Source of the DNA: Epiperipatus broadwayi
Taxonomy: Eukaryota; Animalia; Onychophora
Assembly (NCBI GenBank): GCA_028023455.1
Contig: JAQFVV010000004.1
Coordinates: 26,040,001-26,104,000 of the forward strand
Length of the DNA: 64,000 nt
Reading direction: 5' to 3'
Made by a program: the position numbers and the translations under genes. The notes below the pieces were generated by a model. That model did no database searches, was not told the origin of the DNA, and saw nothing but the letters and a program-made list of their open reading frames with translations. Of this stretch, positions 42,941-54,442 are shown in pieces (positions within the stretch are counted from its first letter, which is position 1; every line of letters begins with the position of its first letter).

Positions 42941-43297
42941 ACAGATAAAAACTCTCCTTACAGTAGTTCCACTCAGTGCAAGCCAGAGTAATCAATGGAT
43001 GCAAAAAGATTTGTGCATAAAATCCCTATCTAGTGCCTACTCATCCACTATCTCCAGATTAGTTTCTAGCTTGTGGCTTTCATTAGTGAGGAGCCTTGGA
43101 TCTGAGAGCACAAGCTAGAAACTAGTTTGGAAATATTGGATGAGTAGGCACTAGGTGGGAATTTTATGCACAAACATTGCATCCATTGATTACTCTGGCT
43201 TGCACTGAGTGGCACTACTGTATAAAGAGTTTTTGCCTGCTTTAACAGTTTGAGAAAGCATAAGAAATGGTGATCATGTGATGTTTAGTGGTTTAAA
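42941..43297 (+). mobile_element. Family A fold-back element (A3)
   Basis: The left arm 42941-43075 pairs with 43110-43240. HHR motif at 43051-43092 (-), partial HHR at 43109-43135 (+), tail at about 43245-43297. Confidence 0.88.
43051..43092 (-). ncRNA. Degenerate hammerhead ribozyme (A3 left arm)
   Basis: UCCUCA CUAAUGA AAGCCACAAGCUA GAA ACUAAU C UGGAGA. G5 and G16.2 are mutated. Confidence 0.55.
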
Positions 43298-44659
43298 TTA
43301 TAATAACAATTAATTTCAACAAATAATATAAAACAAATGATAAATTCTAAATAGATAATCTGTCAAGATAAAAAAAAAACTTTTAGTTGTTATGTGCTAA
43401 TATATAAAAATTATACCAGTTTTCTTTTAATCATAAACTGTAAAAGTAGCAGCAACAACCTTTTTTATAACAAAAAGAAAAATAGTAATTTGTTTTTCAC
43501 ATTTTAAAATAACCCATCTTCTCTTGTAAGAATTACAATTATTAAATGGCATTCAAATGCTATCTTTTCACTCTAAAGTAAAAGATACCATCTCTTTTTA
43601 GGAACTTAATCAAAACATTTTTTTTTTAAAAAAATCTGCAATTAGATTTCCTTTTTCTTAAAAAAGATTAAAATTGAATTGACCAACTTTTTAAAAAAAA
43701 AAAAAAATGTTATCAATTACTATAATAAATATAAATAAGTAGAAAAAAATATTTTAGTAGTACTATAACTTAATAGCTACTGCCATATACAATTAAATCA
43801 AAAATAAAAATTCATCTTAAAATGTATGTGCACACATTAAGACTGTAATATTCTTGGTCTTTTTATATTAAACCAGGAATTTTACATTTTTTCTTTTTTA
43901 TTGTGTAACTATATTATTGACTTCTCACATCAATAATATATGTAGAAGATATATCAGAATTGGGCTTCAAGTTTTGGTTCCTCAGTTCTCTAATAGTTAT
44001 TCTTGTTGAAGCTTCTTTCTGTCTAGACCATACTGCTTCCAGATAAATATTCCTTAAAGTTGTTTCAAAGTTTCTTTTGAGGACATGCTCTTCTCCCTCC
44101 ATTAATTTGATAAAGTTGGCAAAGTAGTTGTTTTAGCAATTCTTATCTGCACATAAACATAGCATTTATTGGTGAAGTAGTTCATGCTATTATATACATC
44201 TTTAAAATGATTCCCAATATGCAGAATGATATAATATTATTTAGTTTCCTGCTTTAACATTCTTTTGCATTTTTTTTTTAGCAAGCCCACTAATTGTTTT
44301 TTTTTATATATTTTCTTTTAAATCTAGATTAATGTTTGAATCTTTTTAGCAATATTTTTTCTTTTTATATCACTAGTTTCATTTTTAGTTGTTCCCCAGC
44401 CTTATTTAACTTTGAATCTTGTGATTTAATGATTATTTTAAGTATTATCTTCCTAAACTTATTAATATTATCATTTTTTCATGAGCGTAGATTATCGCAT
44501 CTCCTAATATACATTTAATTACTAAAGAAAATGCTTATTTGTTCCACCAGGTGAAATGTTTTGATCTATTTCATGTATCTTGTTTTCCTAAAAAAAAGTT
44601 ATTTGGATATCTCACATCAAGGTAAGAATTCATTGCATTCTCTGAACTAATTCAAAAAT

Positions 44660-44810
44660 GAAAGTTTGTTTGTTTGTTCATTACTTAAAAATAAATGTTG
44701 CACCAATCTTGATGAATTTTGCATGACTTTTTTTTCTTCAGAGAATTACATAAGCTATGGATTTTTACTTTATGATACTTAATTGTTTTAAAAATATTGA
44801 TAATTTGTAA
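44660..44810 (+). mobile_element. Short dispersed repeat resembling Helentron-associated/DINE-1-like elements; further copies about 45325-45400 and 46180-46305
   Basis: A gtttgtttgtt microsatellite is followed by (c)aatcttgatgaa(t/a)(t/c)ttgcatg and gatacttaattgtttt, repeated locally. The family assignment rests on resemblance only. Confidence 0.35.
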
Positions 44811-45802
44811 ATAAAAATTTGTCAGAATGGTAAACATTTTTTAATGATATCATAAAAATGGAAAAAGAGGACAATACCAAACAAAAAATTACAGATGATG
44901 GAAAATAGCATGGCCTGTAAGTTGAAATAGATATTAAAGAAATGGAGAGAATTGTAGTTTTTATCAATCCAATGTAAAATTTTATTGTATAAATATAATT
45001 TAAATTAATTAAATTTTGTTGGGATTACATATTTCATTTCTCACTTATAAGTGGAATACAAAAAATACTACGATGTTAAAATTTCATAGCTATTTTAAAA
45101 ATTAGTTTGTTGTGAGATAAATATATTTAAACCGCTAAAAGTTGATCAAGTTTAGTGAAAACAATTATAGTTTTTTTGATTTGATCAAATTCAATAGTAC
45201 AAGTCATATTTTTTGTAAAATTGCTGTTGATAAGTTATGTAGTATTTACAATATAAAAATGTGCCAAAATCATAATCATTTTCTTGTAAATATTATATAA
45301 ATATATAAGGTGCAAGAATAGCTATATATTGCATCAGTCTTGATGAAACTTGCATGCATTTCTTACTTTTTTATAGTTTTGATTGTTTAAAAACTTTGTT
45401 AATTTACAATATAAAAAGCTGTTACAATAGTAATTTTACATGAAAACCGCAAATACAGCAAGAGACAATCAAATAATGAACATTTTTATTTACTAATAGT
45501 TATATTACTGAATTCGATCAATTTTTAGGATTTCAATTTAAATATATTTATAACATGATAAACTAAATATGGTATAAATGAAATTCAAATAATGTGTCTA
45601 TTTCATAAAGAATGTTAAAAAATTTTAAAATATGTTACTATAGTCATTTCTAACTGCTGTTGATAAGTTATGTACTATTATTTCATGTCCATATTACTAA
45701 ATTACATTTTAATTAGCAACAACAGTATATTCCTTTAAGATTTGCAATCAAAAAGCAGGATATATATAAGAGCTCTAAAGCAAAGAATTCAGGAATACAT
45801 AG

Positions 45803-46109
45803 AGGCAAAATTCTCCATACAGTAGCACCACTCAATTTAAGCCAGAGTAATCAATGGATTCAGGAAGATTTGTGCATAAAATTCCTATCTAATGCCTACT
45901 CATCCAAGGCTTGTCACTGATAAAATCCATAAGCTAGAAACTAGTCTGAGTATATTGGGTGAGTAGGTTTTAGATAGGAATTTTATGCACAAATCTTTGA
46001 TTACTCTGCCTTGCACTGAATGGTGCTACTGTATGGAGAGTTTTGCATCTGTAAAAAAATAGCTTGTATACACATAAAAATGGTTATCATGAGATGTTTA
46101 ATGGTTTAA
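45803..46109 (+). mobile_element. Family A fold-back element (A4)
   Basis: The left arm 45803-45907 is inverted relative to about 45950-46050. HHR motif at 45911-45952 (+) (UUGUCA CUGAUAA AAUCCAUAAGCUA GAA ACUAGU C UGAGUA). Tail ends tggtttaa. Confidence 0.85.
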
Positions 46110-47563
46110 TTCAGGCATATTAATATTTTCTCCTTACTGTTTATCCATTATCTATTAAATCTATTATATACATGTAAATATTTGTTTGCTTGTTTGTTAC
46201 TTAATAATCAATAAATATTGTGCTAATCTTGATGAATCTTGCATGATTATGTCTTTTGAAGGAATTTTTGCTTTATGGTACTTAATTGTTTTTAAAAATT
46301 TAGTAGTTTTCTTTTAATGAAGCAATGCAGATAGTTAGTGAAATTTGATTATTTGTTTTCATACCAATAGTAATACTAACAAGTAAATCATGTTTACTTA
46401 AATTATGGTATCACATGATAAAAGTTTACATCATATTTTATATTTAGATAACACTGCTATCAGGATAGCAAATAATAATATAAGTAATAGGAGTAATCGA
46501 TTCTTTTCACTCTTTCCAGAGCTATTTATTGTAATATTGAGTAATCAACAGTTACTAAATTATATCCCTTGTTCAAGACTAATTAATAGATATTATATTT
46601 TTTCAATAAGGTATACTGGAAGAGAGTCAATAGTGAGAAAATAGTGTGGAGGTGTAGATGTAGCTTTGCCACTTCAGATTAAAATAGATAATCCTAGAGT
46701 GAGCAAGTAAAATAAATGACTAATCCCAAATTTTGATGTTAAAATTATGAAAAGAAAATTTTATAATGCTTTGATATTAAAAGTAGTAATTTTTTAAGAT
46801 TATTTATATATTATGTAACATGAAATAAGAACTGATGATTAATTGAGAGAAGAAATTGAGAATTAAGATGGAAGATAACAAAAAAATATATTTGTCAATT
46901 AGATAAATTGGTAGTATATTGGAAACAGTGACTAAACATATGCAAGCACTTCATCATATTAAGTAAAATTAAATATAACAATAGCTTTTACACATGAAAT
47001 CATTAGTGATCAGTATTAATTAAGTCATAAATCTTGAGATATAATTTAAATTTTAATAATTTTTTAAACTGCCTATAAATTAATTTAAAATCATTATTAT
47101 AAATAAGCTTATAACAAACAAATGTTATCTTATTTAATAGCTAATCAAGATTTTTTAAATTAATTTTTGCAAAAAAGGGAGAAATTTTCAGTTCTTGAAT
47201 ATTTAAATTTAATTATGAATTTTTAAATTTAAAACATAGTGAATTTATAAATTTACTCATTTATCTCACCTAATTGTTTAGTCTGTAAAATTTACTTAAA
47301 ATGCTACTTCAAGGTATAAAAAGGTATTCTGGTTCAATGGTGGCACAACTATCTATCATACCCACAATTTAATTCCATGTTCAAACTCTAATAAGATTTA
47401 AAATTTTTCATTGAGGTCATCAGTACATAATGCAGTTGACCTTTCAATAATAATAAGAAAATGGCTCTTTAGTTATTAGTTAGAGAATCAATAAGAATAA
47501 TAAATCACTCAAACCTTAGTGACCCAACAAATAATCTAGTAGATAAACCCTCTTTCTTCACAG

Positions 47564-47662
47564 ATCTTTTGTGAAATCCTTTTGGAGAGACCCGGTGGCC
47601 CATTCAAAGATTGTTTTGCTTTACTTTTATCTTACTTTGAAGCCCATTGTTTTCTCCATATG
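47564..47662 (+). CDS. Candidate terminal exon (IFCEILLERPGGPFKDCFALLLSYFEAHCFSI*; an alternative frame is also open)
   Basis: Good acceptor ctctttcttcacag, TGA TAA stops and downstream AATAAA. The frame is ambiguous. Confidence 0.3.
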
Positions 47663-47976
47663 ATAATATTAAATCTCATAAAATTATTATCAATAGCAAG
47701 CAGTATTACAAAAAATAATTTATATTAAATACAACAAACAATAATTTTAAAGTAAATTATTTTGCTATTTGAATAAATTTTTATATTATAAATTATCCAA
47801 GGTTAAACCAATTAAGTATCATAAAATAAAAACCCATAGCCTATAAAATTCTCAGCAAAAAAAGAAGAAAATAATGTAAGATTCATCAAGATTGGTACAA
47901 CATTTGTTAAGCTGTAAAGTAACAAGCAAATAAACAAATTTTCACATTTATATAAAAATATAGATAATATATATAT

Positions 47977-48194
47977 TGTAATGGTCAGACTATACACATG
48001 TAAATAATTAATTATTTTATTTACTTGGTCATCACCCATATTAAACATCAGAAATACACCACCACATATTTTTTATCCATATATAGTTAAATAAGTTTTT
48101 ACCAGGCTAGTTCTTATAGAACTTAAGTGATTCCTGATAAAATGAACATGGAATATATATGCAGATCAGACAATATTACATATAAAAAGTTACA
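47977..48194 (+). mobile_element. Family E putative solo LTR (TGTAATGG...AAGTTACA)
   Basis: TG...CA ends with a TGTAA/TTACA inverted terminus and two more copies in the window. No convincing TSD. Confidence 0.5.
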
Positions 48195-48459
48195 TTATTT
48201 CAACAAATAATGGCAATAATTCATTACAAAATATTATAATTGTCAAATAAATATAATTTTTTTCTCTTGCTTCTCTTATTTTTTTTTGGTATTAGTACAT
48301 ATAATACACACACTACTTGATGGCACTGGTTTTTGCCCAATGCACATTAATATACATGTTCACGAGATGATGATATGATTAAAATATAGTAAATTTTATA
48401 AATTTATATTTTTAAGTTTTTTTACAAATTTGGAAAATATATATATATATATTAATATT

Positions 48460-48775
48460 TATGCTACTGAAAAGTTCTTTAATTTTAGGTGGTGGAAGGG
48501 GGTTGGTTTGATTTTTAAAAAACAAACACTTTGTTTTTAGATGGTGAAGGGGAGTTGGTTTCCTTTTTAAGATTGGTTTGCTTTTTAATTATCATCTTTT
48601 TACCTTTTTTTGCATATATATAGTTTTTTAACATTTACGATACCAAAAAGTTCTTCTTTATTTTTAGATGGTTGAAGGGGGTTGGTTTGATTTTTAAGAA
48701 ACAAACACTTTGTTTTTAAAGGATGGAGGGGGTTGGTTTGCTTTTTAATTATCATCTTTTTACTGTTATATATAT
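48460..48775 (+). repeat. Tandem array (about 150-180-bp unit: ttagatggtggaagggggttggtttgatttttaagaaacaaacactttg), first block
   Basis: About two units, directly visible. Confidence 0.9.
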
Positions 48776-50609
48776 TGTACCAAAGTACATTGATATGTAA
48801 TTAATTTATTATGAATTCCATGTTTAAAAATATAAAAGTTTAATATTAAGAGAATAAAATGTAAAACTAAAGAGTAGGGGGAGGGGGAATTTTTGTATTG
48901 AATAAAATAAACCGTAAACACTGTTTAAAATAATAAGCTGTTTAAAATAAAAGATTTTTTTTTGTTTAAAAGAAGAAAAAAAATCTTGTAATAAATAAAT
49001 GATTTAATATTTTTTAAATGAATTTTTAATAAAATAATAAAGAGATTTTGTTTTATTTTATAATAAATAAATAAATATATGTACGTGTGTGTATGCAATT
49101 TTTAATAAAAAGTAGACACTAGAAGCTGATTTTATTTTCACAAAACGAATGCTGCTGCTAAATATAAAGTTTTCCATTGTTTAAAAAAGTATAAATAGCT
49201 CAAATTTGGTCATTCTTGGTTTGGACTTTCTCATTTTAATAAAATATTTTTCAAGTAATATTTCCAAAAGTGATGCATTGTTAAAAACCAACATATTTGC
49301 AGTTGACCGAAAAGCTGCTCTCTACGCATCTAAGATCTGCGATTAGTTCGGAAGGTAATCATGTTAAAATAGACTTCAGCAGGATGCAGGGAACACCAAA
49401 CCAGCCATGGAAATATTAGGACACAAGATCTACGAAAGAATTTTACTAGTCATCGATGAGTTCAGAGATAATTCCATTATACTGTTTCTGTCATATTTAA
49501 AAACCTAGGTAATTATTTGACTTTGATATCTAAACATTCCGATTTCCTTTAAAAATAAAGATAGACTTTATTGAAAGAACTTTTGAACTTTTTGAATTAA
49601 ACTTAAAAAAAAGAATAAACTTTAAACTTCAAAAAATTAATATTTGCAATAATAGAATAAGTAAAAGCAGCTTCTATTAAATAATATTTTTGGCATGCAC
49701 GTATGTGTGATTTGATTTTTAAACTTAAACTTAAAAAATAATAATAATAAAATATGATGTAAAATGTATAATTTATTTGCTTAAGTAATATATTAAAATG
49801 CTTATTTTAATCTTTAAAAAAAAGAAGTGTATGTGTGTTTCATTATAAGATAAAATGATGCATTTATTTTAAAATAAAGTAACACATTTAAATTATTTTT
49901 CTTAAAATATTTATGTTTATTTCTGATACATGCAGGTAAGTATAAACATTTATTTTCTTAATAAGAGTAGGAGGGAAAAAATCCAATCATTAATAATAGT
50001 ATTTTAGAAAAGATTTGCCAAGTTAAATCTATAAATGTTTAGTATTCAGTATAATGTTGTTATTATTAGTTTTAAAGGAGCGAAGATTATTTTAGAATGG
50101 TTCAGGGGAAAATTATTTTAGTTTTATAAATAATAGTAGCAGTTTAGAACAGGCGGGCATTTAAGATACCTTTTGTTTGTTTACTAGTGAGTGGATGGAA
50201 CCAACTGAGCTAGCGGACGTTTCAGGCACCGGATTATGCTGATCAGATAAACATGCTAATTCTAATCTAATTAGCTGGTGCCTAAGGGATTTTCTTTCTT
50301 CTTTAAAAAATAATAATAAAGTGTTTATTTGATCGGTATATATTTGGTAGTCAAGTGTTAATAATAGTTGACACTTTGCCTGAAAACCAACCATTATCTG
50401 AAAGAGAAATTTAGGAGGACAAAATATAAAATATTAGTTAATATTTTATTTGTCAATGTTTAGTGTTTGTTATTTCCCGTAAGTTTAGGTAATAATTTTT
50501 AAATCGTAAGTTTTATAGCATTAAGAGTTTTGAAGGTAGTTTTTAAGAAATAGTAGTTAGTAGAAGTAGTCATTTCTCTTTATTGATTGTTTGGAGGAGG
50601 ATGGTTCAA

Positions 50610-51030
50610 TATATATATTTAACATTTATACTACCGAAAAGTTTTTCTGTATTTTTAGATGGTGGAAGGGGGTTGATTTTTAAGAAACAAACATTTTATT
50701 TTAAGATGGTGGAGTGGGAGTTGATTTGCTTTTTAATTACCATCTTTTTACTTTATATATATATATTTAAAATTTACACTACCAAAAAGTTCTTTATTTT
50801 TAGATGGTGGAAGGGGTAGCTTTGATTTTTAAGAAACAAACACTTTGTTTTTAAATGGCGAAGGGGGGTTGGTTTTCTTTTTAATTATTCTCTTTTTATT
50901 TTTATTTTTTTTTAACATTCATGCTACTGAAAAGTTATTCTTTATTTTTAGATGGTGGAAGTGGGTTGGTTTGATTTTTAATTATCGACTTCTTTGATAT
51001 TGTTTTTAGCATTTATGCTACCGAGTAGTT
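50610..51030 (+). repeat. Same tandem array, second block, same orientation
   Basis: About three units, directly visible. Confidence 0.9.
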
Positions 51031-52399
51031 ATTGCTTAATTTTTATGCTTTTTAAGAAATCCTTAAACATTTCATTTTTAATAAACCTACAGTTTGTTTT
51101 TCGATGGAGAGCAGATTTAGTTTTCTTTTCAATTATGTAAATAACAACAACAATTTTCCATGAAATAATTTGGACATTTATTGAATAAAAAATACAAGTT
51201 ATAAATATTTTGGCACAAATTAAATAAAAAATAAACAATCACTTAGACAGTAATTACCTTAGCTTTAATGAATTTTTTACATTTGCAGTTGCCATTGTAT
51301 CATTCTCGCATATATTCATGCAGAAATATGCATTTTCACATGAACTCAGCCAAACCCTACTTTTCAATCTAACCTTTCGCAGTTGGGTTTAGTTACAAAT
51401 TGTAAGAAAACCTGTGTGATGGGCTGACAATTCTTACTTTGTACTACTACTTCAATTAATTTTTCTCACAATTTTTCAATAATGAATATTTTTAAAAGTT
51501 TCATGTACTTAAAATACAGCTACCATCAAATTATACCATAGCTATAGGTCAATTGCGCTCACTTGAGGAATACTTTTGCAACACAATGGGCATTGTATTT
51601 CATTATGTAAAGAGTAGAATACATCACCATCAAGTGGCCTATTATGGCTACAACAACACTTGTAGTGTTAGACATAAGTTAGGCAGCTAAAATGGCATAT
51701 TGATGTGCATTGGTCAAAAACCAGTGCCATCAAGTGGTGGAGTGTATTATATGTACTAGTGCTCTTTTTTTAGTATATATGACATGCTCAAAAACAATAG
51801 TTATTTATAAAGTATACAAGTTTTAGTTTGATTAATTTCAAAACATTAGTCTTTCAATTAAATCTTATAATACAACTTTTTTTATGATGAAGAAATTTGC
51901 TGTAGAGTAAATTTCTAGATTTGAATGTATTCTGAATATGATCCTATGTATGACTGATCTCACAAATATAACACATTTGTTTATATCAGAAGCATCATGG
52001 AATAGTCATACATATATATCTAATATGGAATAATTTTAACTAATACACCTTTCTTACAATGATTATTCTATGAGGTGGCTACTTTAGGTCTGAATCCTAA
52101 TTTAATAATAACACAAACTAATAATGAGAAGTGTTTCTTTCATTCTGACCCTGACTTACTAAGAAAATCTTCTTAATTGACTGAGATAGTCCTAAAAACC
52201 TCAAACTTACAGAAAAAACTGAATAAATCTACCATATACATAGAGAGTGGTACTGAACCATTTAACAGTAATATAATAATATACTAATTTATGTATAAAT
52301 GGACTTGATTAAATTTCCAAATAAATCTTTAACATAAAATACTAATAATTATCTTATATTATGAATTTTACATGCATTCACCATATCTGACAATTTCAC

Positions 52400-53100
52400 A
52401 TTAAAAAACCTTTTAAAAAAAAAATGTTAACAAATCATAATGGAAATACAAGATGGATCAAATTTCTTTTCTTTTATACAAATCTTATTTTTTTAAACTT
52501 CAATTGCTTTAAAACACAACTAACTTTTTTTAATTTTTCATGTCCTGCTTTAATCAATAATGTAAAATATAGTTTTTTAGAATTAAATAAAAATTAGGAT
52601 GGAATAATCCATTAGAAGAACAGTCTAAGCAGTTTTTTTACTTACAAAGCAGAAGTTCTGAAACCAGACTGATTTCTCCTACAATGATAAATACTAATTG
52701 ATTCCATTTTTTAACTTGCCATAATGTTTTTTTAACAAGTTCCAATATTTAAAATTTGAAGTTTAAGCATTGATTCTTTATTTTGATTAGGGATTCTTTT
52801 GAGAAATATCATGATCAGGTTACAGAGGTTCTGGTAGATTTCAGCAGTTGATAGTTTTTTCTACTCAGTCAGTATAATAAAGGTTCAATAAAGGTTGAAT
52901 AAAGTCAAAACCCAGATCAGTAACTTTCAAAAAAAACTAACTCACTTTTTGTTGTTAAATATCTTGATCTTGTTTTTAACACCTTTGATAGTTTTTTCAC
53001 AGGCTTTGATAATCTTGTTTTTAAAATCTTTTTCACTTGATTTTATTTTAATTATAAGAATTTCAAAAACATTTTCATTATTTAATTGACTAAACTTGAA
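52400..53100 (-). mobile_element. Decayed LINE reverse-transcriptase region
   Basis: The minus strand includes RRNQSGFRT (LINE RT motif NQ.GFR) among stops and frameshifts. Part of it recurs at 35950-36200. Confidence 0.4.
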
Positions 53101-53589
53101 AAACACTGTAATAATTAAATGGCTAATATTTTTCCTTATTCTTGAATCTCATACCATAGAAGCTTAATTTTTTTAAATTTAATTATTTAAAATCTATTTC
53201 TTAACTGAGTTGTGTCATATTGTTGTATATAAAATGTGATAACCAGAAAATAAAAGTAAAAAAAAGCTTCATTTATAGATAACCGCCAAAAACATGATAA
53301 ATAAAAAAGAAAACAGCATTTAATTATTTACATATTTGCAAAAGTAAAATGTATTGGCACTTTATTAGTATAGCTGAAGTGACTTTTGCACTTCTACAAT
53401 AAATGTATTATTTTCAGAAAGTAATCCCTGACTTATCAGCATGCAATTTGTGACCCTTATCAGTGTGATGTATTACTTAATTTACAGTCATTTGAAATTT
53501 TCAGTTATTGTCTAGATTTATTTCTGGCAACAGCTTTTTTCCATTGTGTCTTTTTATTGATTTTTTTTCATTGTGTATTATCATCCAAA

Positions 53590-54442
53590 ATGAATATTTG
53601 GAAGCTATCAAATACAGAAATAGATGTGGTCATGTATCTATAAGAACAAGGCATCCTACCAGCAACAAAAGGGTGCCCAAATGGACATAGCATGAAGTTA
53701 TACCTACATAGTTCAGACAAGCAATGGTATTGTAACAGAAAAGGCTGTGACACTAAAGTTGTAATTTGGAAGAATACGTGGTTGGAAGGGTCAAAAATTC
53801 CTATACTGATAATTATTAGATTTATCTACAGTTGGTGCCATCAATTATCTTCTATAGAATGGGGACAACATGAGCTGGAATTATCTAATAAAACAGTCAT
53901 TTACTGGAATAACTATATGTGAGAAATTTCTACTGACACTATGTTGAAACAGGAAAATCCCCAAATCGGAGCTGTTAATAAAATAGTGGAAGTTATCAAA
54001 AGCCTATTTTCAAAGGAAAAAATCAAGCAGGCCAAATACTACCAGAGCAGTGGATGTTCTGTAAAGAAACAAACCAATGGTTTATTGTTAAAGTTGAAGA
54101 CAGAAAAGCAGTGATTCTCATGAAAACCATAAAACATGTTGATGAGGGCTCAACGATATACTCAGATTTCTGGAAGGCCTACAAATCCAATAAATTGCAT
54201 GAAACCAGTTACTTTCAAGTGAACCATTCATATAATTTTGTCAACCCAGAGACAGGAGTGCACACACAAAATATTGTAAAACTGTGGGGTTTAGCCAAAT
54301 GGTAAAACAAACATCAAACAGGGACAGCAAGACAGCACCTGGACTTTATTTATCTGAATTTATATGGAGAATAATGCACAAAAATGATGACTTGTTCATG
54401 GCAATATTGAACAATATGAAAGAAATGTTTCTTCCAGGATAA
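53590..54442 (+). pseudogene. Merlin (IS1016/ISXO2-like) DDE transposase pseudogene
   Basis: N-terminal zinc ribbon (CPNGHSM..WYCNRKGC). Further motifs: TVIYWNNYM, QIGAVNKIVEV, EQWMF, GSTIYSDFWKAY, VNHSYNFVNPETGVHTQNI..LW, LSEFIWR. Several stops and frameshifts. Confidence 0.9.

Larger units (their letters stand above)
48293..51758. mobile_element. TIR-bounded composite, putative non-autonomous DNA transposon
   Basis: 62-bp TIRs (TAGTACATATAATACAC..CTTGATGGCACTGGTTTTTG.CCAATGCACAT.AATAT) at 48293-48353 and 51697-51758 differ at about 5 positions. They enclose two blocks of the same tandem array. No transposase ORF. Confidence 0.6.

Noticed and set aside
43914-44560. 62-aa ORF and upstream broken frames on the minus strand as a transposase or integrase
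   Set aside because: Only vague similarity with many stops; no diagnostic motif.
47564-47662. Resemblance of CEILLERPGGPFKDC..YFEAHC to a vWF C8 domain
   Set aside because: A stop falls where further cysteines are expected and no neighbouring VWD/TIL exons were found. No gene name assigned.
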